Counted from the first letter of the stretch, positions 1-9,473 are shown. The stretch is DNA of 64,000 bases from Candidatus Latescibacterota bacterium (GCA_965200315.1 OZ241362.1:3712001-3776000); one strand, 5' to 3'. The notes: generated by a model not told the origin, from the sequence alone. Made by a program: numbers and translations.

Positions 1-72
1 GAGCATCTGGTGGCTCTAGGCATTGTGCCGGTCCAAGTGGAAGATTTTGCACTTTTGGTTATGGATAAGTGA
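1..72 (+). CDS. 3' end of an unidentified upstream gene (partial)
   Basis: Frame 1 is open from the window edge (EHLVALGIVPVQVEDFALLVMDK*) and its TGA overlaps the next GTG start (GTGA). Confidence 0.4.
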   Translation, partial: EHLVALGIVPVQVEDFALLVMDK

Positions 73-344
73 GTGCCATGCCTGCCGAATGGGTAGAACT
101 GGAATGTACCAAACACGCAGTTCATGCGATGGCCGAGCGAATGATCCCTATGGAGTGGGTCAAACTAGCAGTAGCCGAACCAGCGTTGCGTATGCCCGAT
201 CCAAACGACCCCGAAGTAGAGCGTTTTTTTTGTGCTATCCCAGAACGGGGCAACCGAATATTGCGCGTCGCTGTCAACACTCGCGTTGCATCTTGGCGAG
301 TAGTAAGCGTATTTTTTGACCGAAACATGAAAGGAAAATTATGA
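69..344 (+). CDS. DUF4258-family protein (putative RelE-like toxin)
   Basis: 91 aa with 'TKHA...MAERMI' and 'LRVAVN...VVSVFFDR' pattern; overlaps a DUF2283 gene (ATGA). Confidence 0.75.
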   Translation: MSAMPAEWVELECTKHAVHAMAERMIPMEWVKLAVAEPALRMPDPNDPEVERFFCAIPERGNRILRVAVNTRVASWRVVSVFFDRNMKGKL

Positions 345-541
345 AACTGCATGTCGATAAAAAAGCCGATGCGCTCTATCTGCGCCTCGATGATTCTACC
401 ATCGTCGAGTCCGAAGAGGTCTCGCCGGGAGTGGTGCTCGACTACAACGAATCGAACGAAGTAGTGGGCGTGGAAATGCTATATCTGTCGAAACGCTCAT
501 CCGATCTAAATCTCTCCGCCTTGCAATTTGAAACCGCTTAG
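341..541 (+). CDS. DUF2283-family protein (putative antitoxin)
   Basis: 'DKKADALYLRL...ESEEVSPGVVLDYN...VVGVE' is the typical DUF2283 pattern. Confidence 0.85.
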   Translation: MKLHVDKKADALYLRLDDSTIVESEEVSPGVVLDYNESNEVVGVEMLYLSKRSSDLNLSALQFETA

Positions 542-547
542 CTACTT

Positions 548-1555
548 ATGAACCCTCCCCTCCTCGACGTCCACGACCTAAGCGTGCGCATCACCCGCGA
601 CGAGGGCGTGGTGCGGCCGCTCAACGGCGTCAGCTTCCGCATCAACACCGGCCAAGCCGTGGGCATCGTCGGCGAAAGCGGCTGCGGCAAGACCATGACC
701 TCCAACGCCTTGCTGCAGATTTTGCCGCCGGCAGCCGAGATTACCAGCGGCCACATCCGCTACCGCCGCAAGCTGGACGAGCAAGAGATCGACCTCGCCG
801 CGCTCGACGCACACAGCGACGAGATGCATCAGATCCGGGGCGGCGACATCTCCATGATCTTCCAAGAGCCAATGACCGCGTTCTCGCCGGTGCATACCAT
901 CGGCAACCAAATCGCCGAGATGATCCAGCTCCACGACTCGCTATCCTCAGAAGCAACGCGACAGCGGGTCGCCGAGCTGCTGCACTTAGTCGGCATCCCC
1001 GATCCGCAGGACCGCGCCGACGACTACCCCTTCCAGCTTTCGGGCGGCATGCGCCAGCGGGCGATGATTGCCATGGCCCTAGCGAGCAATCCGCGGCTCT
1101 TGATCGCCGACGAGCCAACCACGGCACTCGACGTGACCGTGCAAGCGCGGGTGCTCAAGCTGATCCAGCGACTCCAGCGCGAGTTGGGACTGGCGCTCAT
1201 GCTAATCACCCACGATCTAGGCGTGATCGCGCACACGGTCGAATACGTCTATGTGATGTATATGGGGCGAATCGTCGAAGAGGGGCCGGTGGCCGCAATT
1301 TTCGACAGCCCGGCGCATCCCTATACCGCGGCCCTGTTGCAATCCATCCCCAGCTTGACGGGCAAACGCCGGCACATCGATCCAATTGAGGGCAGCGTCC
1401 CCAGCGCGTACGCCCTGCCCGAAGGGTGCCCCTTCCACACCCGCTGTACGCCAAAGGTCGGCCCCATTTGCGAGCAGCAAATGCCCGCGTCGGCAGAAGT
1501 GGGGCCACATCACCACACCCGTTGTTTCATCCACACCGAAGCAGGAGGGGACTAG
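548..1555 (+). CDS. Oligopeptide/dipeptide ABC transporter ATP-binding protein (OppD/DppD-like)
   Basis: Walker A GESGCGKT, signature LSGGMRQR, Walker B LIADEPTT, C-terminal HPYT...GCPFHTRC domain. Confidence 0.95.
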   Translation: MNPPLLDVHDLSVRITRDEGVVRPLNGVSFRINTGQAVGIVGESGCGKTMTSNALLQILPPAAEITSGHIRYRRKLDEQEIDLAALDAHSDEMHQIRGGDISMIFQEPMTAFSPVHTIGNQIAEMIQLHDSLSSEATRQRVAELLHLVGIPDPQDRADDYPFQLSGGMRQRAMIAMALASNPRLLIADEPTTALDVTVQARVLKLIQRLQRELGLALMLITHDLGVIAHTVEYVYVMYMGRIVEEGPVAAIFDSPAHPYTAALLQSIPSLTGKRRHIDPIEGSVPSAYALPEGCPFHTRCTPKVGPICEQQMPASAEVGPHHHTRCFIHTEAGGD

Positions 1556-1559
1556 CCCA

Positions 1560-2573
1560 ATGTCCACAGGGGCCACAGACGTCCTCCTCCAAGTGCGAGG
1601 GTTAAAAAAGCACTTTCCCGTACACCGGGGGCTTTTACAGCGACAGACGGGTTGGGTGAAGGCCGTAGATGGTGTGAGCTTTGCGCTTGCCCAAGGCAAA
1701 ATTTTGGGGCTGGTCGGCGAGAGCGGCTGCGGCAAGACCACTACCGGGCGGATGATTCTCCGCGCCCTAGACCCGACCGCCGGGGAGATCCTCTTTCGCC
1801 AACAGGACGGGCAGGTCGTCGATATGGCCCAGCTCGGCCGGCGCGAAGTCGTCCAAGCCCGCCGGCAGATGCAGATGATCTTCCAAGACCCGTACTCGTC
1901 CCTAAATCCGCGAATGCCCGTGCGCGACCTAATCGCCGAGCCGCTCCGGTCTTATGGCTGGCCAGCGCGCGACAGTCACGAGCGCGTGGGCGAGCTGATG
2001 GAGCGCGTAGGGCTCGACCCCAGATATGCGCGCCGCTATCCGCACGCCTTCTCGGGCGGCCAGCGGCAGCGCATCGGCATTGCCCGCGCCTTGGCCTTGA
2101 GCCCGTCGCTCATCGTCGCCGACGAGCCAGTCTCCGCGCTCGACGTCAGCGTACAAGCGCAAATTCTCAACTTGCTCCGCCAATTGCAGACCGACCTCGA
2201 CCTCACCTTGCTGTTTATCGCCCACGACCTGAGCGTGGTGCGCTATCTCTGCGATGAAGTGGCCGTCATGTACCAAGGCCGAATCGTCGAACAGGCTGCA
2301 ACAGAAACCCTCTTTACCCAACCGCAGCACCCCTATACGGCCATGCTGCTAGAGGCCGCGCCCGCGCCCGATCCCCACGCCTCGTGGATGGAGGCCGACG
2401 AAGACGCCAGCGAGGTGGGTGAGCCGACATCGGCCGACGGCCAAGGGTGCGCGTTCGCACCGCGCTGCCGCTACCAAAGCGACCTGTGCAGCCAGCAGAT
2501 GCCCGCGCTGGAGGGCGAGTCGCATCTGGCCGCCTGCCACCACAAAGACGAGTTAGAACTGCAGGGAGTGTAG
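1560..2573 (+). CDS. Oligopeptide/dipeptide ABC transporter ATP-binding protein (OppF/DppF-like)
   Basis: GESGCGKT, FSGGQRQR, VADEPVSALD, HPYT...GCAFAPRC; start moved to ATG 1560. Confidence 0.95.
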   Translation: MSTGATDVLLQVRGLKKHFPVHRGLLQRQTGWVKAVDGVSFALAQGKILGLVGESGCGKTTTGRMILRALDPTAGEILFRQQDGQVVDMAQLGRREVVQARRQMQMIFQDPYSSLNPRMPVRDLIAEPLRSYGWPARDSHERVGELMERVGLDPRYARRYPHAFSGGQRQRIGIARALALSPSLIVADEPVSALDVSVQAQILNLLRQLQTDLDLTLLFIAHDLSVVRYLCDEVAVMYQGRIVEQAATETLFTQPQHPYTAMLLEAAPAPDPHASWMEADEDASEVGEPTSADGQGCAFAPRCRYQSDLCSQQMPALEGESHLAACHHKDELELQGV

Positions 2574-2605
2574 CTACATCCACCCTCATGGAGGAGAACG
2601 TCTGC

Positions 2606-3859
2606 ATGGTCCAGTTTGGGGATCACCTGCGGCAAACTCGCCTCGAAAGCGGATTGACCCAAGCCGATGTGGCGAACCGCCTTGGGGTCTCGAAAGGGTA
2701 CATCTCCCGCCTCGAAAGTGGCAAGGCTCGACCCGCCGAAGCGACAGTCCGACGCCTAGCCCAAATCTGTGAGATCGATCCGGATCCGCTCCTCATCTTG
2801 GCCGATTACCTGCCCTCCGACCTTCGAGAAATTCTATCGCAGCATCCTGCCGAAGCGTCGGCGATCCTGCGCGGCACCTTTGGGCGTACCGACCATCCGC
2901 AAGATGCACCTCCTACTGTCGCCGAGTCCCAAGCGCTCTACCAGACCGACGAAGCTTCATATCAACTCATTCAAGAAGATTGCTTCGCATGGATGGAGCA
3001 CCGCCCCCCCAACAGCGTCCACGCCATCGTCACCGACCCGCCCTACGGCCTGAAAGAGTACACCACTCAGGAAAAGGACAAACTCCGGCGCGGACGGGGT
3101 GGCGTTTGGCGCATCCCCCCAGCTTTGGACGGCTGCGTCCGCCAGCCCCTGCCTCGATTCACTGTCCTCAGTAACGGCGACAAGCAGCAGCTTGCCGCAT
3201 TCTTTGGGCAATGGGGCGAACGGGCATTGCAAGTGCTTGTGCCGGGGGGGCATGTTTTCATCGCCGCCAACCCCCTGCTGTCGCACTTGGTCTATGCGGC
3301 CCTCGTCGAAAGCGGCTTTGAGAAGCGCGGCGAAATCATCCGCCTAGTGCAGACGCTGCGGGGCGGCGATCGTCCTAAGAATGCACACGACGAATTTGCG
3401 GACGTCACCGTTATGCCTCGCTCCGGTTGGGAGCCTTGGGGCCTATTTCGCAAGCCGTGCGAGGGGCGTGTACAGGACAACCTGCGCGTGTGGAAGACGG
3501 GCGGACTGAGGCGGATCAGTGCCGAGCGTCCTTTCGGCGACGTCATTCGCAGTGCGCCCACTCGGCCAGCGGAACGCGACATCGCGCCGCATCCTTCCCT
3601 TAAGCCGCAGAGCTTTATGCGCCAAATCGTGCGCGCAGCGCTGCCGTTGGGTGAGGGAGTAGTTCTTGACCCCTTCATGGGCGGAGGTTCGACCATCGCT
3701 GCCGCGTGTGCAGTGGGTTATGAGAGTATTGGCATTGAAAGCGACCCAGCGTTTTTCGAGATCGCCAAAGCCGCAATTCCGCAATTGGCCGCGCTGGAGG
3801 TCAACGGAGAAAGCAAGCTGGTTCCGAAAGCCGAGCGGCAGCCGAACCTATTTGGCTAA
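2606..3859 (+). CDS. XRE-HTH fused beta-class amino (N6A/N4C) DNA methyltransferase
   Basis: N-terminal 'LRQTRLESGLTQADVANRLGVSKGYISRLESG' HTH; motif IV TDPPY precedes HPSLKP and motif I DPFMGGGST; GGAG upstream of ATG 2606 (alternative ATG 2588). Confidence 0.9.
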   Translation: MVQFGDHLRQTRLESGLTQADVANRLGVSKGYISRLESGKARPAEATVRRLAQICEIDPDPLLILADYLPSDLREILSQHPAEASAILRGTFGRTDHPQDAPPTVAESQALYQTDEASYQLIQEDCFAWMEHRPPNSVHAIVTDPPYGLKEYTTQEKDKLRRGRGGVWRIPPALDGCVRQPLPRFTVLSNGDKQQLAAFFGQWGERALQVLVPGGHVFIAANPLLSHLVYAALVESGFEKRGEIIRLVQTLRGGDRPKNAHDEFADVTVMPRSGWEPWGLFRKPCEGRVQDNLRVWKTGGLRRISAERPFGDVIRSAPTRPAERDIAPHPSLKPQSFMRQIVRAALPLGEGVVLDPFMGGGSTIAAACAVGYESIGIESDPAFFEIAKAAIPQLAALEVNGESKLVPKAERQPNLFG

Positions 3860-3865
3860 AGACGC

Positions 3866-4490
3866 TTACGGCTCGGCGAGGATGGCTCGATGGCGACCAA
3901 CGCCGACGTTGGGCAGCCGGTAGAGGAAATTGTTCCGTAGCTTCTCGACACCAGCAGCCGTTATGGACGCCGTGGGCGTCCGGCGCGAATCACCGGTGCG
4001 GCCTGAGAATGACCAATCCGCTTCGTCGAGCTTGGCGCAGAGAATTTCGAGGAATGTCAGCGGAGTAGAAGCCCCTTCTTCCTGAGTGCCAATCGCATAG
4101 CGAAATACCATTAGCCAGCAGTCCTCCGGGTTATGCCCCTGCCAGCCACCGCGCCGGATAGACGACTTAATTTCAATACCCTCGTCTCCTTTTAACACTA
4201 GATTCGATGCGTAATGGCCTTTCGGCAGCAGGTCGGGATGCCCTCCCACCTTCGCATTCGCCGCCAGCGTTTCAGCAGCGCGGGCGATATTTTTTACGAG
4301 AAACTCAGAGAGCATACCAGATAACGAGTTGCCCAGCAGCAATTCCTCCAATGGACAAAAGCCGCTGCTTGCGAGGAAGTCGTTCAATCCGTGCAACAGT
4401 CGGTACGTCTCCGCCACCGCCTGTTCTATGTCTTCTACTTTGAGTCCGTAGGGAGGACGACACGGCGATTCACGTAGCGGGCGTTAAGCG
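3866..4490 (-). pseudogene. Putative type II PD-(D/E)xK restriction endonuclease, apparently frameshifted near its 5' end
   Basis: 'GHPDLL...GIEIKSS' catalytic-like motif; convergent with the MTase; restoring one base at GGG 4451-4453 joins LNARYVNRRVVLP to YGLKVEDIEQAVAETY; an in-frame GTG at 4417 gives 183 aa. Confidence 0.65.
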
Positions 4491-5316
4491 TTCCCGCATC
4501 GTCGTTTTTCGCCGTGCGATAGGGGGCAGGATCAAATCCCGGATACCGCGTCGCCATCCCCGCGATAAATTCTTCCGTCCACAGCGGGTCGCCCGGCGGC
4601 GGGAAGCCCAGCAGTTCGCGCTGGCGCGGCGTGGCTTCAGCCATGAAGCGATTCACGGCGGCACCTTGGGCACCACTCTTATACGTGAAGGTGCGACCGC
4701 CGTCCCAAGGGCGGTCCTTGCGGGTAAAGCCCACCCACATGACCGGGCGGTGGCCCGCTGGCGCAATGAAATCGGAGGCGGCGTGGCGGGTGAAGACGCT
4801 GTAGAGGCACACCGAGCCGCCGGGGACGATCATCGGCACGGCTTCCGCGTCGGAGTGGCCCTTGGGCACCATGCGGATCGGTGCCATACCTTCCTCGACG
4901 TCGTCGAAGCAGTAGAAACAGACCAAGTTCATAAAGTCGTCGGGCTCGATGATCGGCCCCAGCGTGTTGTTGCCGTAGTCGATGTGGAAATTGGTGCCGT
5001 ATTCCTCGCCGGCGTATTTCATGCCCAAGTGCCCCTCGCAGAGCCGAATCTCGCGTGTGCCCAAGACGCGCTCGGCCGCGTCGATCAGATCGGGATGGAC
5101 GGTGACGTGATTGAGGCCGGAGTGGTCCCAAGGGAAGACTCTTTGCTGGGGGGTGTCGTTGCGGCAGTCGTTGGCTAGGTATTGGTCGTAGGACGGCGCA
5201 AAATGAGTGAAGAAGCCGTCGAGCGCGGCCTGCTGCTCGTCTTTGGTAAGGAAGTTCTCGACGATCAGGAAGCCCTGTTCTTTGTACGTAGCGAGTTGGG
5301 CGTCGGTGATGTGCAT
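4435..5316 (-). CDS. Phytanoyl-CoA dioxygenase (PhyH) family Fe(II)/2OG oxygenase
   Basis: 'QLATYKEQGFLIVENFL' start, HxD motif (FHIDY), distal 'TRHAAS', 'QRELLGFPPPG' tail. Confidence 0.85.
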   Translation of the reverse strand: MHITDAQLATYKEQGFLIVENFLTKDEQQAALDGFFTHFAPSYDQYLANDCRNDTPQQRVFPWDHSGLNHVTVHPDLIDAAERVLGTREIRLCEGHLGMKYAGEEYGTNFHIDYGNNTLGPIIEPDDFMNLVCFYCFDDVEEGMAPIRMVPKGHSDAEAVPMIVPGGSVCLYSVFTRHAASDFIAPAGHRPVMWVGFTRKDRPWDGGRTFTYKSGAQGAAVNRFMAEATPRQRELLGFPPPGDPLWTEEFIAGMATRYPGFDPAPYRTAKNDDAGTLNARYVNRRVVLPTDSK

Positions 5317-5322
5317 TTGCTA

Positions 5323-6234
5323 TCACTTGTCGGCGTAGATCCCCACAATGCGCTGCAATAGGTCTAGGGCCTGCCCGCGCTCTCGCTGGAAGGCGTTGCG
5401 ACCGATGATGGAGCCAAAGCCGCCGCCATCGCGGATGCCGGTGATCTCTTCGATAATTTCTTCTTCGCCCTTGGCCGGGCCGCCAGAAAAGATCACCACG
5501 CGCCGCCTGTTGAACGCCGATTGCACCACGTGGCTCACGCACTCGGCCAAGTTGTTAGCTGGCACATCTGCATACGCCTTGCGCGCCTCGTCTTGCTCAA
5601 TGTGAGCCGTAGGCGGTTTGACCTTGATGATATGGGCCCCTAGCTGGGCGGCGATCTGGGCGGCGTACGCGGTGACATCGAGCGCAGTCTCTCCGTCCTT
5701 GCTCAAGTCCGTGCCGCGCGGATAAGACCAAACCACCACCACCAAACCGTGCCGCTTGGCCTCTTCGGCTAGGGCTTGCAGCTTCTCGTACATCTCCTGC
5801 CGCAGAGCCGAACCCGGATAGACCGTGTAGCCGATGCCAACGCAACCCAAGCGCAGAGCGGCAGCGATGGAGCCGGTGAGCGACTGGGTGGGGTCTGCGT
5901 CGGAGTGGAGGTTTTCGCGGTTGTTGAGCTTGAGAATCAGCGGCAAATCGCCGGCGTAGTCGCGCGCGCCGGCTTCGAGGAACCCGAGTGGGGCGGCGTA
6001 TGCAGTGAGGCCAGCGTCAATGGCCAACTCAAAGTGATAGCGCGGATCGTAGGCCGGCGGGTTGGGAGCGAAGCTGCGCCCGGGGCCGTGCTCGACTCCC
6101 TGGTCTACGGGCAGAATGACCAGCTTACCGGTGCCGCCGAGTGCGCCGTGGTTGAGCAAGTGCGCCAAGTTGGTCAAAGTACCGGGATTGTCGCTGCCAT
6201 ACCAACTTAGAATTTCGCGGATGCGCTCTTGCAT
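5323..6234 (-). CDS. fbaB: Class I fructose-bisphosphate aldolase (DhnA/FbaB type)
   Basis: ILPVDQGVEHGPG, WSYPRG, AHIIKVK Schiff-base Lys, GSIIGRNAFQR; ATG 6234 with AAGG upstream. Confidence 0.9.
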   Translation of the reverse strand: MQERIREILSWYGSDNPGTLTNLAHLLNHGALGGTGKLVILPVDQGVEHGPGRSFAPNPPAYDPRYHFELAIDAGLTAYAAPLGFLEAGARDYAGDLPLILKLNNRENLHSDADPTQSLTGSIAAALRLGCVGIGYTVYPGSALRQEMYEKLQALAEEAKRHGLVVVVWSYPRGTDLSKDGETALDVTAYAAQIAAQLGAHIIKVKPPTAHIEQDEARKAYADVPANNLAECVSHVVQSAFNRRRVVIFSGGPAKGEEEIIEEITGIRDGGGFGSIIGRNAFQRERGQALDLLQRIVGIYADK

Positions 6235-6271
6235 TTTGTACCTTTCTCGCATGTAATGAGTAGGAATTGAC

Positions 6272-6316
6272 AAAAAGAAAAGCTCCTCTAGCGCGCAAAG
6301 CGCGCTAGAGGAGCTT
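6272..6316 (-). terminator. Intrinsic terminator downstream of tRNA-Asp
   Basis: 16-bp stem AAGCTCCTCTAGCGCG/CGCGCTAGAGGAGCTT followed on the minus strand by a T-rich tract. Confidence 0.85.
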
Positions 6317-6323
6317 GACAAAA

Positions 6324-6400
6324 TGGCGGGGACGACGAGACTCGAACTCGCGACCTTCGGCGTGACAGGCCGACGTTCTAACCAACTGAACTACGCCCCC
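6324..6400 (-). tRNA. tRNA-Asp (GTC)
   Basis: Reverse complement GGGGGCGTAGTTCAGTTGGTTAGAACGTCGGCCTGTCACGCCGAAGGTCGCGAGTTCGAGTCTCGTCGTCCCCGCCA: cloverleaf, GTC anticodon, CCA end. Confidence 0.97.
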
Positions 6401-6439
6401 ATTGCTTGAAGTGAAAGGTAAGAGCCAGACTAGATAATG

Positions 6440-6973
6440 TCAATGGACGACCGATGCTTTGGCCTGTGCAGCGCTCTCTTTTTTTAACCGCTTGAGCGCC
6501 CCGCGCATGAGCTGGCGCTTGAGCGGACTGAGGTGGTCGATGAAGAGCTTGCCGTCGAGGTGGTCGATTTCGTGCTGGAGGGCGCGGGCGTAAAAGCCCT
6601 CGCCCGAGGTCTTGAACGGCTGGCCATTGAGGCCAATGGCCTCGACTTCGACCCAAGCGTAGCGCTTGACATCGCCGTACAGGTCGGGAAAGCTCAGACA
6701 ACCCTCCTCGCCGATTTGCTCGCCCTCGTGGCCCGTGATCTTGGGGTTGATTAAGGCCACCGGCTGGTAGTTGGGCTGATGGGCGGTCACATCGATGACG
6801 CAGACCCGTTTGAGGACGCCAATCTGCGGGGCGGCAAGTCCGACCCCCTCTGCGGCGCGCATGGAGTCGAAGAGGTCGGCGACGAGGGCGCGGATGGCGT
6901 CGTCCGCCACGGCAACTGGAGCACACATCTGGCGGAGGCACTGCGCTCCGAACAGCGCGATTTCGCGTTTCAT
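6440..6973 (-). CDS. def: Peptide deformylase
   Basis: GVGLAAPQIG, EGCLS and QHEIDHLDG motifs. Confidence 0.97.
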   Translation of the reverse strand: MKREIALFGAQCLRQMCAPVAVADDAIRALVADLFDSMRAAEGVGLAAPQIGVLKRVCVIDVTAHQPNYQPVALINPKITGHEGEQIGEEGCLSFPDLYGDVKRYAWVEVEAIGLNGQPFKTSGEGFYARALQHEIDHLDGKLFIDHLSPLKRQLMRGALKRLKKESAAQAKASVVH

Positions 6974-8019
6974 GCGTCCAAGGGCTCTAATTCGAGGGCA
7001 ATATAGCGCAGGCCCAGTTCTGCGAGCGCAGCCACTAAAGCCGAGCGCAACCGGATTTCAGCGAGGCGGGCGATGGCTGCTGCGGGCAAGCGCAGCACGA
7101 GCATCTGGTCGCGCTGCTCGTATGCAGCCGGCAGCAGCGAATGCGCTGCGAGCAGCGGATTGACCCGCGCAAAGAGCGGCTCGTCGGCACCGGAATCGGC
7201 GATGGTGATCAGCGCCTCGTTCATGCTGCCGGAGCGAAAGCCGCACAGATCAACGGCAGCTTGCAAATAGCCAATTTCCCGCAAGTGATCCAGCAAAGAC
7301 CGACGCGCATCCGAGTCGCCCAGCAGGCGCGTCAAGTCCTCAGCGGGCAACTCAATGCGCGACAGCGTCTCGTGGTGGCGGGCGCGAACCTGACCAAAGC
7401 CACAGACCTCGCGTAGATAGGACTCGGCGCGGTCAATTTGGCGCAGGCCCTCGGCGGTAACGGGTGTGCCGTAGGGGAAGCGCGACGAGAGGCAAGCCAT
7501 GGCCGGGCGGTCCCATACCACCAGTCCCCAGCGTTTGGCTAGGGCACGCACATCGTCCTTGGTCAGGCCCGCTTCGGCTAAGGGCGCGTGTACGCCGCGC
7601 TCGCGGGCGGCCGCAGCCCCGGGGCGGAAATCGCCGATGTCGTCGGCGTTTTGGCCGTAGAGGATGTAAGCGATATTGAGCCTGCGCGCTAGCTGCTCCA
7701 TCTGGGTGAACAGCTCTTGCTTGCAGTAGTAGCAGCGGTTGGGCGCGTTTTTGGCGTAGTCGGGGTTGTCCAACTCGCGGGTCTTGACCACCTCGTGGCG
7801 GATGCCGAACTCGCGGGTGATCTCGGCAGCCTTCTCCAACTCGCCGGTGGCATAGCTCTCAGAGTCCGCGGTGACGCAGATAGCCCCCTCGCCCAACACC
7901 CGCTGGGCTACCACTGCCAGCGTGGCGCTATCGACCCCGCCCGAATAGCCGACCAGCACCTGTCCCATCGGGCGCAGAATTTCTTCGAGATGCGCTAGTT
8001 TTTCGTCGAGGGAAAGCAC
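6970..8019 (-). CDS. larE: LarE-family ATP-dependent sulfur transferase with an extra C-terminal domain
   Basis: PP-loop SGGVDS, RCYYCK, DFRPG, ACLSSRFPYG, FRSGSMN; GTG start inferred at 8019. Confidence 0.88.
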   Translation of the reverse strand: MLSLDEKLAHLEEILRPMGQVLVGYSGGVDSATLAVVAQRVLGEGAICVTADSESYATGELEKAAEITREFGIRHEVVKTRELDNPDYAKNAPNRCYYCKQELFTQMEQLARRLNIAYILYGQNADDIGDFRPGAAAARERGVHAPLAEAGLTKDDVRALAKRWGLVVWDRPAMACLSSRFPYGTPVTAEGLRQIDRAESYLREVCGFGQVRARHHETLSRIELPAEDLTRLLGDSDARRSLLDHLREIGYLQAAVDLCGFRSGSMNEALITIADSGADEPLFARVNPLLAAHSLLPAAYEQRDQMLVLRLPAAAIARLAEIRLRSALVAALAELGLRYIALELEPLDA

Positions 8020-8024
8020 GGCGC

Positions 8025-9473
8025 TCAGAAAGGGGATTTTTCCGTGGACACAGCGCAGGGCATGATCGCAGCGTCGACCATGCCGTGCAGGATCTTTTTG
8101 TCGGCCGGGAACACTAGGGCTTGGATGCCGCACAGACGCGGCGCATCGCCGACGATGTAGTAATAAGGACGCAGCATCACCCGGCCCCGCATGGGCACGA
8201 CCTCGTCGCGGTCAAAGTCGTAGTAGCGCACAGTGCGACGGGCAGCCTTGTGGAATTCCTGCAAGATATAGGGCTGATGCGCAAAACGATCGAGGGCCTC
8301 TTGCACGCGCTCGGCCCATTCGGCTTCGGACAGATCGTGGCCGATGGACACGCCCTTGCTCTCATACGCTATGTTGGAAAAACCCGAGGGCTTGAGCACC
8401 AGTTCGCGCTGCTTTTTGGTTAGGTGCTTCAACTGCTGCCAGTCGTTGACGGGCTGGCCGCCAATGTCGAGGCCGGGAATGATGGCGTGGGGGGGCAGCG
8501 GCCGCGCATCGACAATCCACGAGCGCGGGATCAGACTGTCCAAGGCGGCAAAAGGCTCCTTGCCCAAGGCGCGGCGCCAATAGGATTTGAGCGCGGGGTG
8601 GTGGTAGAACGCCAGCCAGAGTTTTTCTTCTAGGTACGCCTTCGGCGGCGGGGTCAAGCACAGGGCGTTTTTCTTGGTGAAATAGGTAAAAAGCTCGGCC
8701 TTGGGGATGTTTTTGAGATCGAACAGTTCAAAGAAGCGATAGGCCGCGTCAATGCGCCAAGGGGCCGGCTCGTCAGCACCTTGGAGGAAGAGGCCATTTT
8801 CGTCAAAGCGGGCCTCGCGCGGGTGAGCACTGCGGGCCGGTTTGCCAGCCGCCTGCAAGCACTCGACCAGCCATTCCATTTCTCGGCGATAGGCTTCGGA
8901 TTCGTCCGAGACAAAGAGGGCGAAACGCGGCTCATCTACCTTGGCAACAGCGGCAATGGCTTCGTAGAATGGGTCGATCAGGCCGCGGGCACCGCCGATG
9001 ATGGCGTGGCCAAGATCGGCATAAACCTCCGATACTTGGGCGGTGAAGCCCATGCCGCCGGGGATGGCGTCTAGTTCGACTAGCTTGAAGCCGTCCTCGG
9101 TAAGCAGGAGATCCGGACGGATGACCAAGGGCAACTGGGACTTGATGCGATTCCAGAGGCCCATTTCGCGCACGGCACTCGGTTTGCCCAAATCCAAGTA
9201 CTCGCGAATCCAAGGCGGCTCGACGCCTTTGGCGCTCTGGTGGTAAAGCTGATTGGAGGCTCTGTAAAACTGATGGAGGACGCCGCCGAGTTGGTCTAGG
9301 TAGCGGTGTTGCGCCGGCGAAAGCCAGAACGGCTCCGGGGCAATGCGCCACGGCAGATTACTGTCCGGGTGTAAATGGGTGCGGTCGCCTTCAAAAAGGC
9401 CGCCGGCAGGACAGTGGGCGTTGATGTGGAGGCAGAGCGCTTTGAGATCGGATGCGGTGCTGGGCAGGGACAT
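8025..9473 (-). CDS. ATP-grasp-like ligase (glutathionylspermidine-synthase / circularly permuted ATP-grasp-like), function unknown
   Basis: 'IRPDLLLTEDGFKLVELDAIPGG', 'LVLKPSGFS...SKGVSIG', 'YILQEF' motifs. Confidence 0.65.
   Translation of the reverse strand: MSLPSTASDLKALCLHINAHCPAGGLFEGDRTHLHPDSNLPWRIAPEPFWLSPAQHRYLDQLGGVLHQFYRASNQLYHQSAKGVEPPWIREYLDLGKPSAVREMGLWNRIKSQLPLVIRPDLLLTEDGFKLVELDAIPGGMGFTAQVSEVYADLGHAIIGGARGLIDPFYEAIAAVAKVDEPRFALFVSDESEAYRREMEWLVECLQAAGKPARSAHPREARFDENGLFLQGADEPAPWRIDAAYRFFELFDLKNIPKAELFTYFTKKNALCLTPPPKAYLEEKLWLAFYHHPALKSYWRRALGKEPFAALDSLIPRSWIVDARPLPPHAIIPGLDIGGQPVNDWQQLKHLTKKQRELVLKPSGFSNIAYESKGVSIGHDLSEAEWAERVQEALDRFAHQPYILQEFHKAARRTVRYYDFDRDEVVPMRGRVMLRPYYYIVGDAPRLCGIQALVFPADKKILHGMVDAAIMPCAVSTEKSPF

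Noticed and set aside
6324-6400. tRNA-Asp or tRNA-Phe as integration sites of an island
   Set aside because: No duplicated tRNA 3' end and no integrase found; flanking genes are housekeeping
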